Below are positions 37,600 through 46,110 of a DNA stretch of 64,000 nucleotides, in pieces. The notes beneath the pieces were generated by a model. It had not been told where the DNA came from. It saw only the letters and a list, made by a program, of their open reading frames with translations, and made no database searches. The DNA comes from Gammaproteobacteria bacterium (GTDB taxonomy: Bacteria > Pseudomonadota > Gammaproteobacteria > Steroidobacterales > Foliamicaceae), in contig OZ243929.1 of NCBI GenBank assembly GCA_965213995.1, positions 92,134 to 156,133 of the forward strand, given 5' to 3'. How positions within the stretch are numbered: the first letter of the stretch is position 1; each line of letters opens with the position of its first letter. The translations under genes were made by a program, and so were the position numbers.

Positions 37600-38967
37600 A
37601 TGTCGCCGTCAGCCGTGATTCTCGGCGCGCTCGTCGCCTTAGCGGCGGTCGCGCCCCTGCCTTTCGGAAGCGTGCCCGAATGGGCCGGCGGCATGCTGGC
37701 GGGCAGCGTCGGCGCCCTTCTTGCCGCTTGGGGCGCGCTGGCCCTGCGGGGGTCGGTTCGGCTTGTTCGGCCCCCGGCCTGGTTTTGGCTGGCGGCGGGG
37801 CTGTTTTTGGCGGCGCTGGGCTGGGGGGTCGCGCAAACGCTGACCGGCATCCCGGCTGCGCCGTACGCCTTCCGAGGGGAGGGCGCGGAGGCAATCGGGC
37901 CGGTGGCGCTGGACCCGGCCGCAGGCCAGGCCGCCGCCGTGCAAATCGCCGCTTGCGCCGGCGTTTTCTGGCTGGCGCTGCAAACCGGACGGGATGCGAA
38001 GCGCGCCGCTTGGGCGTTCGCGGCCCTCGGTTTCGCCGCTGCCTTGCACGCTCTGTACGGGCTGTTGGCGCATCTGTCGGGAACCAACACCATCCTATGG
38101 TTTGCCAAGACCGCCTACCACGATGTCGTGACGGGAACCTTCGTTAACCGCAACACCTTTGCCACCCACGCGGCTTTGGGGCTGCTCTGCCTTGCCGCGG
38201 CGTTGCGCGGGGCTTTCGGAACCGCCTCGGCCCAAACAGCGCCAGGCCGGGAGCGCTTGCGCCGGCTGGCGGCCGAAGCTCCGGCGCGCAAGGCGCTGCT
38301 GCTCGCCGCGGCGCTGCTGGTCGGCAACGCCATCCTGCTTTCGGAGTCCCGCGCCGGCGTCGCGGTCGCTTTGCTGGGGCTGACCGCGTTGCTGGCGATG
38401 CTCGCCCTGCGCGCGAGACGGCCGCTTCTTGCAGTGGCCGCGACGGCGGGCGTATTGGGTGCCGGATTGCTGTTCGCCACATTGGGGGAAGGGCTCGAAC
38501 GGCGGCTGTGGACGGCGGAAGAGGACTGGGAAGGCCGTCGGCAGATCGCCGCGGAGACTCTGGACGCCATCCATGCGGCGCCGCTGCGCGGCGTGGGGCT
38601 TGGCGGCTTCGAGGCGGCGCACCGGATGCATCGCGAAGCGGGCGGCGCGGTCCGCATCGAGCGGGCGCACAATGATTATTTGCAAACCGCGCTGGAACTG
38701 GGGGTGCCGGGCGCCTTGGCGTTTTTCACGTCACTCGGGACCTTGGCGTTCGCCTGCGCTTGGGGCGCGCTGCGGCGGCGGCGCAACGCCGTTTTTCCGG
38801 CTGCCGGGTTCGCCGCCTTCGTTTTGGTGGGGGCGCATTCCGTCGTGGACTTCAGCCTAAGGGTGCCGGCGGTGTCCGTGCTGTTCTCGCTGATGCTGGG
38901 CGTTGCGGTCGCGCAATCTTGGCGGGGGGGGGGGGGTGAAGAGAAGGACTGCTGTGTAACGCCGTAA
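37600..38967 (+). CDS. O-antigen ligase/polymerase-family membrane protein (Wzy_C-like)
   Basis: Polytopic membrane protein containing the ..ERAHNDYLQTALELGVPGALAF.. motif typical of the family. A G13 tract lies 10 codons before the stop. Confidence 0.75.
   Translation: MSPSAVILGALVALAAVAPLPFGSVPEWAGGMLAGSVGALLAAWGALALRGSVRLVRPPAWFWLAAGLFLAALGWGVAQTLTGIPAAPYAFRGEGAEAIGPVALDPAAGQAAAVQIAACAGVFWLALQTGRDAKRAAWAFAALGFAAALHALYGLLAHLSGTNTILWFAKTAYHDVVTGTFVNRNTFATHAALGLLCLAAALRGAFGTASAQTAPGRERLRRLAAEAPARKALLLAAALLVGNAILLSESRAGVAVALLGLTALLAMLALRARRPLLAVAATAGVLGAGLLFATLGEGLERRLWTAEEDWEGRRQIAAETLDAIHAAPLRGVGLGGFEAAHRMHREAGGAVRIERAHNDYLQTALELGVPGALAFFTSLGTLAFACAWGALRRRRNAVFPAAGFAAFVLVGAHSVVDFSLRVPAVSVLFSLMLGVAVAQSWRGGGGEEKDCCVTP
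38924..38936. repeat. Homopolymer G13 near the 3' end of the O-antigen-ligase-like gene
   Basis: tggcGGGGGGGGGGGGGtgaag, read as RGGGG. Confidence 0.9.
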
Positions 38968-39125
38968 ACCGCCGCCGGCCCGCACTGGTCGAATGCCAGC
39001 GCTTACCCAGCCATGCCCGGCTCCCGCTGCGCCCCGGATTTGATGACCCCGCTGGAATGCCTTAAGGTAAGCCAAGGCCGCCGAACTCGAAAAATCCTAT
39101 ATTTGGTGAACCCGCGCACCGCAGC

Positions 39126-39452
39126 TTGATGCCTGCCGGATCGGATAAAATAACTTGGATGAATGTTTCGGACTCCGCCCCTCTTGCGCGCAACGAAGCG
39201 GTCGTGTTCACCGAACTCGACGGCGATGTGGTGATGCTCGATGCCAAAGCTGGGCGCTACTACGAACTCGACTCCGTGGGCAGCCGCATCTGGACGCTGC
39301 TTGAGGATAAGCCCACCTTGGCGCAGTTGCGGGACGCGCTGGCGGTCGAGTTCGACGTTGGCGGCGAAGCCCTCCTTGAGGATATCCACCAATTTATGAG
39401 CGAGCTTGCCAAGCGCGGGCTCGTCGCCGAGGCTGGCGATGAAGCGGAGTGA
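39126..39452 (+). CDS. PqqD-family peptide chaperone (RRE; lasso B1-like)
   Basis: EAVVFTELDGDVVMLDAKAGRYYELDSVGSRIWTLLEDKPTLAQLRDALAVEFDVGGEALLEDIHQFMSELAKRGLV is a typical PqqD/RRE sequence pattern. Confidence 0.8.
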   Translation: MMPAGSDKITWMNVSDSAPLARNEAVVFTELDGDVVMLDAKAGRYYELDSVGSRIWTLLEDKPTLAQLRDALAVEFDVGGEALLEDIHQFMSELAKRGLVAEAGDEAE

Positions 39453-40044
39453 GCCGGTTTCCGCCGGCCCTAATCCGCCGCGCGTCCGCAAGCCGAAGGA
39501 AGGCGTGCGCCTGCTCGGCCCCGTGGATATCGCCCCCCTCGAAGCCATTCTCTCGCGCCTGACTGATAACGTCTGGCGCGCCGAGGACGAAAGCAAGCCG
39601 AACAAGTTCAGCTGCTTCCATCACACCCGCCATATGATTTTCCGCTTTAGCAGTTTCCGGGACGTCCGCGTTTTCCGCTCGCGCCCGGCCTGGCGCATCT
39701 GGAGCGGTTCGCTGCTGCCGGTAATGGCCGAGGCGAGCGCTGCCTACGGCTTCTCCGAACCGGTCTTTCCCAAGGCGATGTTCGCCCGGCTCGCCGCTGG
39801 CCACCGCATTGATGTCCACACCGACGGCTACAGCGCCGCCTGCCAAGCGCACAAGATCCACGTTCCGGTTCGCACCGAAGCCGCCGCCGTTATCGAGGTG
39901 GACGGCATCGAGCGCCATCTGCGCCAAGGGCACGCCTACGAGATCAACAACCTTATGTCGCACAGCGCCTTCAACGCCGGCGACCGCGACCGGGTGCATT
40001 TCATCTTCGAGGTGTTCGACGGATTCCCGCAGGGCGGCGGATGA
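39439..40044 (+). CDS. Aspartyl/asparaginyl beta-hydroxylase-family Fe(II)/2OG oxygenase
   Basis: ..GHRIDVHTDGY...HKIHVPVRT..IEVDG...LRQGHAYEINNLMSHSAFNAGDRDRVHFIFEV parallels the PF05118 core. The ATG at 39439 overlaps the PqqD gene end by 14 nt. Confidence 0.65.
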   Translation: MKRSEPVSAGPNPPRVRKPKEGVRLLGPVDIAPLEAILSRLTDNVWRAEDESKPNKFSCFHHTRHMIFRFSSFRDVRVFRSRPAWRIWSGSLLPVMAEASAAYGFSEPVFPKAMFARLAAGHRIDVHTDGYSAACQAHKIHVPVRTEAAAVIEVDGIERHLRQGHAYEINNLMSHSAFNAGDRDRVHFIFEVFDGFPQGGG

Positions 40045-40949
40045 AGGGCGGCGGCTGGTTCGCCACGTACGGGCTGCTCATTCGTTCCGAGTTGGCGCTG
40101 CCGCTATTCGCCCCCGCCGGGCCTGGCGAGCCGGATGCCGTCGTTCGCCTGGGCGCGGTGCCGGAGGCGCTGCCCCAACCCAGCCGCTCCCGGCGTTATT
40201 GGCAGGCGGCGCCCGGCGACTTCCTGCTGCGCTTCGGAGATGCGTTCCGCTGCCGCGTGACGGACGGCCGCGAAATCACGGTGCATCTCCTGGACGGCGG
40301 GCGCGAGCGGTTCCACTTTGCGAGTTCCGTCTGGACCGCCCTGCTGATGCAGCGCGGATTGCTGCCGCTCCACGCCAGCGCGGTATGGACGGAACAGGAC
40401 GGCGCCGTTCTTATCATGGGCGACTCCGGCGCCGGCAAATCGACGCTCGCCGCAGCGTTGATGGCTCGGGGCTTCAATATGCTCACCGACGATGTGGCCG
40501 CACTGAGCGCCGCTGCGGGTTCGCCGCCCCGCGTCGCGCCCGGCTATCCGAATCTGCGCCTGAAGGCCGATGCCTTGGAACAGGTCGCCACTCTGCCCAA
40601 CGGCATCGACGGCCTGACGCGGCACGGCACGGACAAGCATCTGCTGCCGGCGGAGAGGTTCGCCCGCAAGCCGCAGATTGTCCGTGCCGCCTATGTGCTC
40701 AAAAGAAGGACCGCCGAAGCGCTCGAACTGGAGAAAACGAGATCCGCCGAAGCCTTCCGAACCTTGACGCGTTTCATCCACCGCCCCGGGTACGTCCATG
40801 GATTGGGGCTTGTCGAGGCATACTTCAACATCTTGGCGAGCATCTCCGGGAAATTTCCGGTGACGCATGTGATCCGGCCCGCCGAGGGCATCAAGCCCCG
40901 CGCTTTGGCCCGCCGCATCGAATGCCATCTCGCCGACGGTTCCGTTTAG
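40041..40949 (+). CDS. HPr-kinase-like P-loop protein (HprK-related kinase; candidate precursor Ser kinase) copy 1
   Basis: LHASAVWTEQDGAVLIMGDSGAGKSTLAAALMARGFNMLTDDVAAL resembles the HprK C-terminal kinase core. ATGA overlap with the upstream oxygenase. Confidence 0.7.
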   Translation: MKGGGWFATYGLLIRSELALPLFAPAGPGEPDAVVRLGAVPEALPQPSRSRRYWQAAPGDFLLRFGDAFRCRVTDGREITVHLLDGGRERFHFASSVWTALLMQRGLLPLHASAVWTEQDGAVLIMGDSGAGKSTLAAALMARGFNMLTDDVAALSAAAGSPPRVAPGYPNLRLKADALEQVATLPNGIDGLTRHGTDKHLLPAERFARKPQIVRAAYVLKRRTAEALELEKTRSAEAFRTLTRFIHRPGYVHGLGLVEAYFNILASISGKFPVTHVIRPAEGIKPRALARRIECHLADGSV

Positions 40950-41121
40950 ATCGCGCCACAGCCTGCGTTCGCTCGCGTGAGCCGACTAAAGCATCATCCT
41001 TTGTTTGATCTGCGGCTTGATGCCGCCCTAGTTGCTAGCTAATAGGATCAGGAGAGAGGCAGATAGTTCACCGTCTCTTCAGGATAGGTACCTCTCCCGC
41101 TCATAGTGAATGATTCGATCG

Positions 41122-41246
41122 TCATTTCGGTGATGGCGGGAGTGGACCAAGGCCGTTTTTCGGGAAGAGCCGGATCGTCTTTACGATGATTGGATCGGGG
41201 GGGGGGGGGTAGCTAAGTTGCGATTCGCGGTCGACTGGCGCTTCAT
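41122..41246 (-). pseudogene. Poly-Pro-tract small ORF, type 1, out of frame as sequenced (candidate OFF state)
   Basis: RBS GAAGGAA, then ATG (41246) MKRQSTANRNLAT + C13. With C14 it would read ..PPPPDPIIVKTIRLFPKNGLGPLPPSPK*, as in the intact twin at 45887..46015. With C13 it stops after 4 codons. Confidence 0.4.
41197..41209. repeat. Homopolymer G13 (C13 on the coding minus strand)
   Basis: ggatcGGGGGGGGGGGGGtagctaagttgcgattc. The flanks are conserved with 45961-45978. Confidence 0.9.
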
Positions 41247-41367
41247 TGGGTATTCCTTCTTCGGAGAGACGGATGGGTCAGTTCCCCTATCATAGCAGAG
41301 TTCCGCATTTGCTGACTCTTGGGCAACGCGTTTGGAACGGCACAAGAAAACCCCGCAAGCGGCGGCG

Positions 41368-43308
41368 TCAGTCCGTCTGCCAGTCGAGGAAGCTCAGGGC
41401 GCGTACGATTTTTCCGGGTTGCCTGCGGTCGTCGGGCAGCCCGGCACTGGCTTCAAGGTAGGCGCGCAGCCTCGCCATGTCGAGGTAGCGGGCGCGGGCC
41501 GGCGTGTCGGAGCGGGCGGCGAGCCGTCCGGCAATCAAGGGCAGCGCCTCGCTCAAGCTATCGAAGCAGGGGCGGTGGCGCGCCGGGTCCGTCTTGTCGG
41601 TATGCTCCGCAACGCATGGGGGCAGCACGGATTTCAGGGACTGCCGGAAAAACCAGCGCGAACTGCGGCCGTAGCGGAACTGCTCGGGCGGCAATCCAAG
41701 GACGAATTCAATCAGGCGCCGGTCGAGCAGCGGATAGCGGTACTCGATGCCCGTTCGGGCGCCGCTCGCCGCCCAGTCCTGGATGCGCTGCTCGAGATGT
41801 CCGCTCCCCAGCCGTACCAGTTGCGTCTGCCGGACGCTGACCGGCCGGGCGGCGAGCCTGCCCTGCGGCGGGCGCCGATGCTTGCGGGCCAAGGCCGGAT
41901 GAACGAAGGATGGCCGCAGCATGCGGGGCCTTTGCCCCTTGAGCAGCGCGGAAACCGTATTCGAGGCACGGGGATGCACCAGCGGCAGAACCGCTTGGTG
42001 CGCCAGGAAGCGCCAGCTCCTCTGCCGTCGCCGCGCTTCCCTTAGCAGCTGGCGCCACCGCCCGCCCCGCAACAGCATGGGGTAGTAGTCCGCGCCGCTT
42101 GAGGAAGCGATTTCATCGCCGCCCCAGCCGGAAAGGATCACGCGCACATCCAATTCGGCGGCGCTGCGCTGCACCAGCGCCTCGTGCATCAGCACGCCTT
42201 GGTGGTCGGCCACCCGGGCGCCGTCGAGGCCGAGCCTTGCCAATGTGTGCTCCACCGAAACGGAGTGGTAGCGCGGATGGAGGCCCTCCTGCGCGCAAAC
42301 CGATTCGATCAGGCGGTATTCGGAAGCCTCGTTCTCGGGCTGGGAATCGTTTGGCGGCGGATGCCAGCACAGCGCGTGCAGCCGCCGGGCCGAAGGCCGC
42401 AGCTCGCGGGCCGCCAGCACGGCCACGCTCGACGAGTCCAGCCCGCCGCTCAGATGCGCGCCGACCGGCCCGGCGCCTTGCAGCCGGTCGCGCACGGCGC
42501 GGCGGTAGTGGTCGAGGAATTCCCGCTGGTAGTCCTGGTTCGACCCGCGGCCCGCGGCGGGCGCGTCCTCCGGGCGCCACCAGCGCCGCAAGCGCTCGCC
42601 TCGCCCGTTGGCGGCGATGCTGTGGCCGGGCGGCAGGCTGCGCACGGCGCGGAAGAAGGTGCTGTTCGTATCCGGCGTATTGCCCATGAGGTTAATGACG
42701 GCATGGGCCTCGTCCAGATCATCCTCCACGCCGGACGCGGCGAGCGCCGCTGCAATGTCGCTGGCGAAGACGAAGCGCCCGCCGCCCGCCAAGGCGTAAT
42801 AGAACGGACGGGCGCCCAGCGCATCGCGGGCGCAGAACAGCAGGCGCTTTGCGGGATCCCAAACCGCGAAGGCGTAGTCGCCGTGCAGCTGTAGGGGGCA
42901 GTTCTCGCCCCAGCGCCCGTAGGCCCGCAGGATCAGCCCGCAATCGGTTGCGCCGATGCTTTCCGCAGCGCCGAGGCCGAGGGCGCTGGCGAGTTCGGCG
43001 CGGTTGTCCAGCCGCGCGTCGGCCACGGCGATCAAGCCCCGGTCGGAGCATCGGGCTTGCCAAGCGTCTTCTTGCCCTTGTTCCCCGGCATCGGCCCGCA
43101 GCGCCCGGTATCCGAAGGAGACGGCGCCCCCGTTGATCCGCCCCGCGCGCCCTAGTCCCGGCAATTCGGCTAGCATCGCGCCGATAGGGTCCCGGTTCGG
43201 ATCCGGGTTCGCGGCATCGCCCGCTGCGCCCCGGTGGCATACCCCGCAAATTGTCCGCGCCAATGCTCGACTCCTATTTTCATCCCGCTTCTCATCGAAA
43301 CCGGGCAC
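41368..43308 (-). CDS. Asparagine-synthetase-like protein, lasso-cyclase type (copy 1)
   Basis: 646 aa. The N-terminus lacks Cys2 (..ARTICGVCHRG..). It has the ..LIAVADARLDNRAELASALG.. block and the SGGLDSS PP-loop motif. Confidence 0.75.
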   Translation of the reverse strand: MPGFDEKRDENRSRALARTICGVCHRGAAGDAANPDPNRDPIGAMLAELPGLGRAGRINGGAVSFGYRALRADAGEQGQEDAWQARCSDRGLIAVADARLDNRAELASALGLGAAESIGATDCGLILRAYGRWGENCPLQLHGDYAFAVWDPAKRLLFCARDALGARPFYYALAGGGRFVFASDIAAALAASGVEDDLDEAHAVINLMGNTPDTNSTFFRAVRSLPPGHSIAANGRGERLRRWWRPEDAPAAGRGSNQDYQREFLDHYRRAVRDRLQGAGPVGAHLSGGLDSSSVAVLAARELRPSARRLHALCWHPPPNDSQPENEASEYRLIESVCAQEGLHPRYHSVSVEHTLARLGLDGARVADHQGVLMHEALVQRSAAELDVRVILSGWGGDEIASSSGADYYPMLLRGGRWRQLLREARRRQRSWRFLAHQAVLPLVHPRASNTVSALLKGQRPRMLRPSFVHPALARKHRRPPQGRLAARPVSVRQTQLVRLGSGHLEQRIQDWAASGARTGIEYRYPLLDRRLIEFVLGLPPEQFRYGRSSRWFFRQSLKSVLPPCVAEHTDKTDPARHRPCFDSLSEALPLIAGRLAARSDTPARARYLDMARLRAYLEASAGLPDDRRQPGKIVRALSFLDWQTD

Positions 43309-43458
43309 CCGTTATTGTGCCAGTTGTTGGAGCAGCCCCGCCAGCATGCCAAGCAAATGCCAGCCTTGCCCCGCAGTAGAGGCCGCACCTGCAAGGGCGA
43401 CCCGAACCACAATTGCGCTCTCCCCCTATCGGGATTTGACGGCTAAATCTCAACCCGC

Positions 43459-43507
43459 ATCAATGGATGAAAATCAACCAAGGCTTGGTTGATTTTCATC
43501 CATTGAT
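43459..43507. promoter_or_regulatory. Perfect 24-bp inverted repeat (49-bp palindrome) in the divergent intergenic region
   Basis: ATCAATGGATGAAAATCAACCAAG g CTTGGTTGATTTTCATCCATTGAT. It is AT-rich, 50 nt upstream of the ATPase start at 43558 and 150 nt from the cyclase start. Confidence 0.5.
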
Positions 43508-43557
43508 CGGTATCATCCGTGCCTTGTTAGGCCGTATCGTCAGATCAGATTGCCACC

Positions 43558-44862
43558 ATGCCAGCTCGTCAATCCCCCAACACTCCGGCTCGGTTGTTTG
43601 AACGCCACATCGCCGACGCGGTTCGCGAGGCGTTGACGGATACCCCGGTCGTCTGTCTGCGCGGGCCGCGTCAGACCGGGAAAACCACGCTCGCCCAGCA
43701 CTTGGCAAACGGCTCGCCGCCGAGAGCCTATGTCACTCTCGACGACGATGCCACCCGCGCTGCCGCGCAGGCCGACCCCGTCGGGTTTCTGGCCGGATTG
43801 CCGGGGCCGACCACCATTGATGAGGTTCAGCGCGCGCCGGAACTCGCGCTCGCGCTGAAGGCGGCGGTGGATGCCGACCGCCGACCGGGGCGGTTTCTGC
43901 TCACCGGCTCAGCAGGCGGGCCGCTTTGGGCGCCGTTTGCCGAGGCATTGGTGGGAAGGATGGAAACGCACACGTTGTGGCCTCTGTCGCAGGGTGAAAT
44001 GGCTGGCGTGCGCGAGACCTTTGTCGAGCGCGCGTTTGCAGCAGACCTGTCCGCCATCGGCGCCCAGCATCCCAGCGGGCCGCCTCCGCAGGTTAGCCTC
44101 GAACCCGAAACGCCCCGGCAGTTGCTGGCCACGCGGCTTTGCGCAGGCGGCTTTCCAGAGGCGGTGGCCCGCAAAGCCCGCCGCCGCCACGCTTGGTTTG
44201 ATGCCTATGTCGAGGGGATCACCCAACGCGACATCCGTGACCTTGCCAGCATCGTGCGCGGCCCGGAACTGTCGCGTCTGCTCGCGATGCTCGCCAGCCG
44301 AGCCTCCCAGCCCGTCAACTTCGCCGATCTGTCGCGCTCGCTCAGCATTCCGCAAACCAGCCTGAAACGCTATGTCGCGCTGTTCGAGGCCACCTTCCTG
44401 ATCCGCTTCCTGCCCGCTTGGACGGCGAACATCGGCAAGCGGCTGGTCAAGGCGCCGAAACTCATCTTCAACGACCCTGGCTTGCTGGCGCATCTGCTCG
44501 CCACTGATCCTGACCGCCTCGACGCCAACCCGACCCTCTTCGGTCCGGCGCTGGAGAACCTGGTCGCGGCGGAGCTTGGCAAGCAGCTGGGATGGTCTGC
44601 AAAACAGTGCCGCCTGCACCACTTCCGCACCCACTCGGGCATCGAGGTGGACTTGGTGCTGGAAAGCTCCGCTGGCGATATCGTCGGCATCGAGGTCAAG
44701 GCTGGCGCCAGCCTGCGCCCGAACGCGGCGCGGGGGCTGCGCACGTTAGCCGGGCTTGCGGGCAACCAGTTTGCATGCGGCATCATCCTCTACGCCGGCA
44801 ATGCCTCGGTGCCGTTTGGCAATCGCATCCGCGCGCTGCCGATTGATGCGCTTTGGGCCTGA
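43558..44862 (+). CDS. AAA ATPase with DUF4143-type C-terminal domain
   Basis: 434 aa. VVCLRGPRQTGKTTLAQ Walker A. The C-terminal ...HFRTHSGIEVDLVLE..GDIVGIEVKAG is the restriction-endonuclease-like DUF4143 part. Confidence 0.8.
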   Translation: MPARQSPNTPARLFERHIADAVREALTDTPVVCLRGPRQTGKTTLAQHLANGSPPRAYVTLDDDATRAAAQADPVGFLAGLPGPTTIDEVQRAPELALALKAAVDADRRPGRFLLTGSAGGPLWAPFAEALVGRMETHTLWPLSQGEMAGVRETFVERAFAADLSAIGAQHPSGPPPQVSLEPETPRQLLATRLCAGGFPEAVARKARRRHAWFDAYVEGITQRDIRDLASIVRGPELSRLLAMLASRASQPVNFADLSRSLSIPQTSLKRYVALFEATFLIRFLPAWTANIGKRLVKAPKLIFNDPGLLAHLLATDPDRLDANPTLFGPALENLVAAELGKQLGWSAKQCRLHHFRTHSGIEVDLVLESSAGDIVGIEVKAGASLRPNAARGLRTLAGLAGNQFACGIILYAGNASVPFGNRIRALPIDALWA

Positions 44863-44905
44863 CCCGCGTAGTCCGCGAACAGCGATGGCATCCGCCGCCG
44901 GGCGG

Positions 44906-45700
44906 CTATGAATTCCGGCGGGAATCGGCGAAATCGTAGCCGAATTCCGCGATGAGCTTGCGCTCCCTCAGAGCGACCAGCTCCCGCAGCTCGTTGCTGT
45001 AGCGGCCCGTGAACCCCTTGCCGCGCGGGGAGGCGTTCGCGGGGGGTTCCAGTTTGAGGTAGGCGGCGATGTTTTTGGTGATCGGCGCCCCGGTTTCCTC
45101 GAACAGCAGCAGCGCCTCCTCGCGGAGATTCTCGAACCGGCCGTAAAGAATCCTCCGCTCCTGCTTGGGGTGTGCGGGTTCAGGCACATGTGGGACTGGG
45201 GTTGTTTCCGCCTTGGCGGAGCGGGGACGGAACATCAGGTCGAACAGCCAGCCGTAGTAGCCGGCGCCGTCGGGATAGCGGGAGAAGTCCTCCGACATGA
45301 GTCCGGGCCCCTGCCTGCGCCCCGGCCCCCTCGCGGCCGTCGTTTTGGGCGCTGCCGCCGCCAGGCGGCGCAGCAGCGCGCGGCTCTCGCCGCTGCCGTC
45401 CCCGAGATTGAGAAACCGCGCGACCGTGCGCTCGAAGTCCAGCGCGCCCTGCTCGGAGAGAACCTGAAAGACGTATTGCCGCTTGCGGCGGTAGTCCTGG
45501 TGCATGGACAGATACCAGTCCCAGGGATTGCGAACGAACCCGATGACGGGCAGGCGCGAGTGGGCGGTCGGCAGGTCTTCGAGGCGCCCGTGGTACTGAA
45601 TCATCCGCGCGCCCGGGAATTCCCCCAGGATCAGGTTGTTGAGGAAGGTGCCGCCGGTTCGGGAAACATGGATGAAGACGAAGTGGTCGGTGACGATCAT
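44906..45700 (-). CDS. Sulfotransferase-family protein (copy 1)
   Basis: MIVTDHFVFIHVSRTGGTFLNNLI is a PAPS-loop-like HxxxTGGT motif. The C-terminus is ..YGRFENLREEAL...AEFGYDF. An IS481-IR-like 26-mer lies in frame at 45171-45196. Confidence 0.6.
   Translation of the reverse strand: MIVTDHFVFIHVSRTGGTFLNNLILGEFPGARMIQYHGRLEDLPTAHSRLPVIGFVRNPWDWYLSMHQDYRRKRQYVFQVLSEQGALDFERTVARFLNLGDGSGESRALLRRLAAAAPKTTAARGPGRRQGPGLMSEDFSRYPDGAGYYGWLFDLMFRPRSAKAETTPVPHVPEPAHPKQERRILYGRFENLREEALLLFEETGAPITKNIAAYLKLEPPANASPRGKGFTGRYSNELRELVALRERKLIAEFGYDFADSRRNS
45171..45196. repeat. Solo IS481-type inverted-repeat copy inside the sulfotransferase ORF
   Basis: TGTGCGGGTTCAGGCACATGTGGGAC differs at one position from the IRR of the IS at 4140-4165 (reverse complement). 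Confidence 0.7.
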
Positions 45701-45886
45701 CGCAGCATCGCCCGTGGCGGATTCGCTTTGCCCGTTGCGGCTTCGGGCCTAGCCCCCGGAAACCTTGTGTCTTGTGTCCCGACCGCTAGCTAGCTGAATA
45801 AGCACTACTACGAAATTCAGGGTAGGCACAACACTCACCCGGCGGGGTCCCCAGAGGGAGCCCATTCATCGTGGAAGATCCGATCG

Positions 45887-46015
45887 TCATTTCGGTGATG
45901 GCGGGAGCGCGCCAAGGCCGTTTTTCGGGAAGAGCCGGATCGTCTTTACGATGTTGGATCGGGGGGGGGGGGGGGGGGTAAGTTGCGATTCCCTATCGGG
46001 CGCTTGATTTTTCAT
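45887..46015 (-). CDS. Poly-Pro-tract small ORF, type 1 (42 aa, in frame)
   Basis: RBS AAGGA, then ATG (46015) MKNQAPDRESQLT-PPPPP-RSNIVKTIRLFPKNGLGALPPSPK*. It is part of track ORF 45887..46078. ~100 nt 3' of the tract are near-identical to 41122-41196. Confidence 0.45.
   Translation of the reverse strand: MKNQAPDRESQLTPPPPPRSNIVKTIRLFPKNGLGALPPSPK
45961..45978. repeat. Homopolymer G18 (C18 on the coding strand)
   Basis: ggatcGGGGGGGGGGGGGGGGGGtaagttgcgattc. Confidence 0.9.
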
Positions 46016-46110
46016 TGGACTCATCCTTTCCGTCGACATAAGGATTGTTTTCCATGGTAACAGAGAATGACGGGGCACTGGGGGAGGCTATCGGGAGGAT
46101 GAATTGCCTG

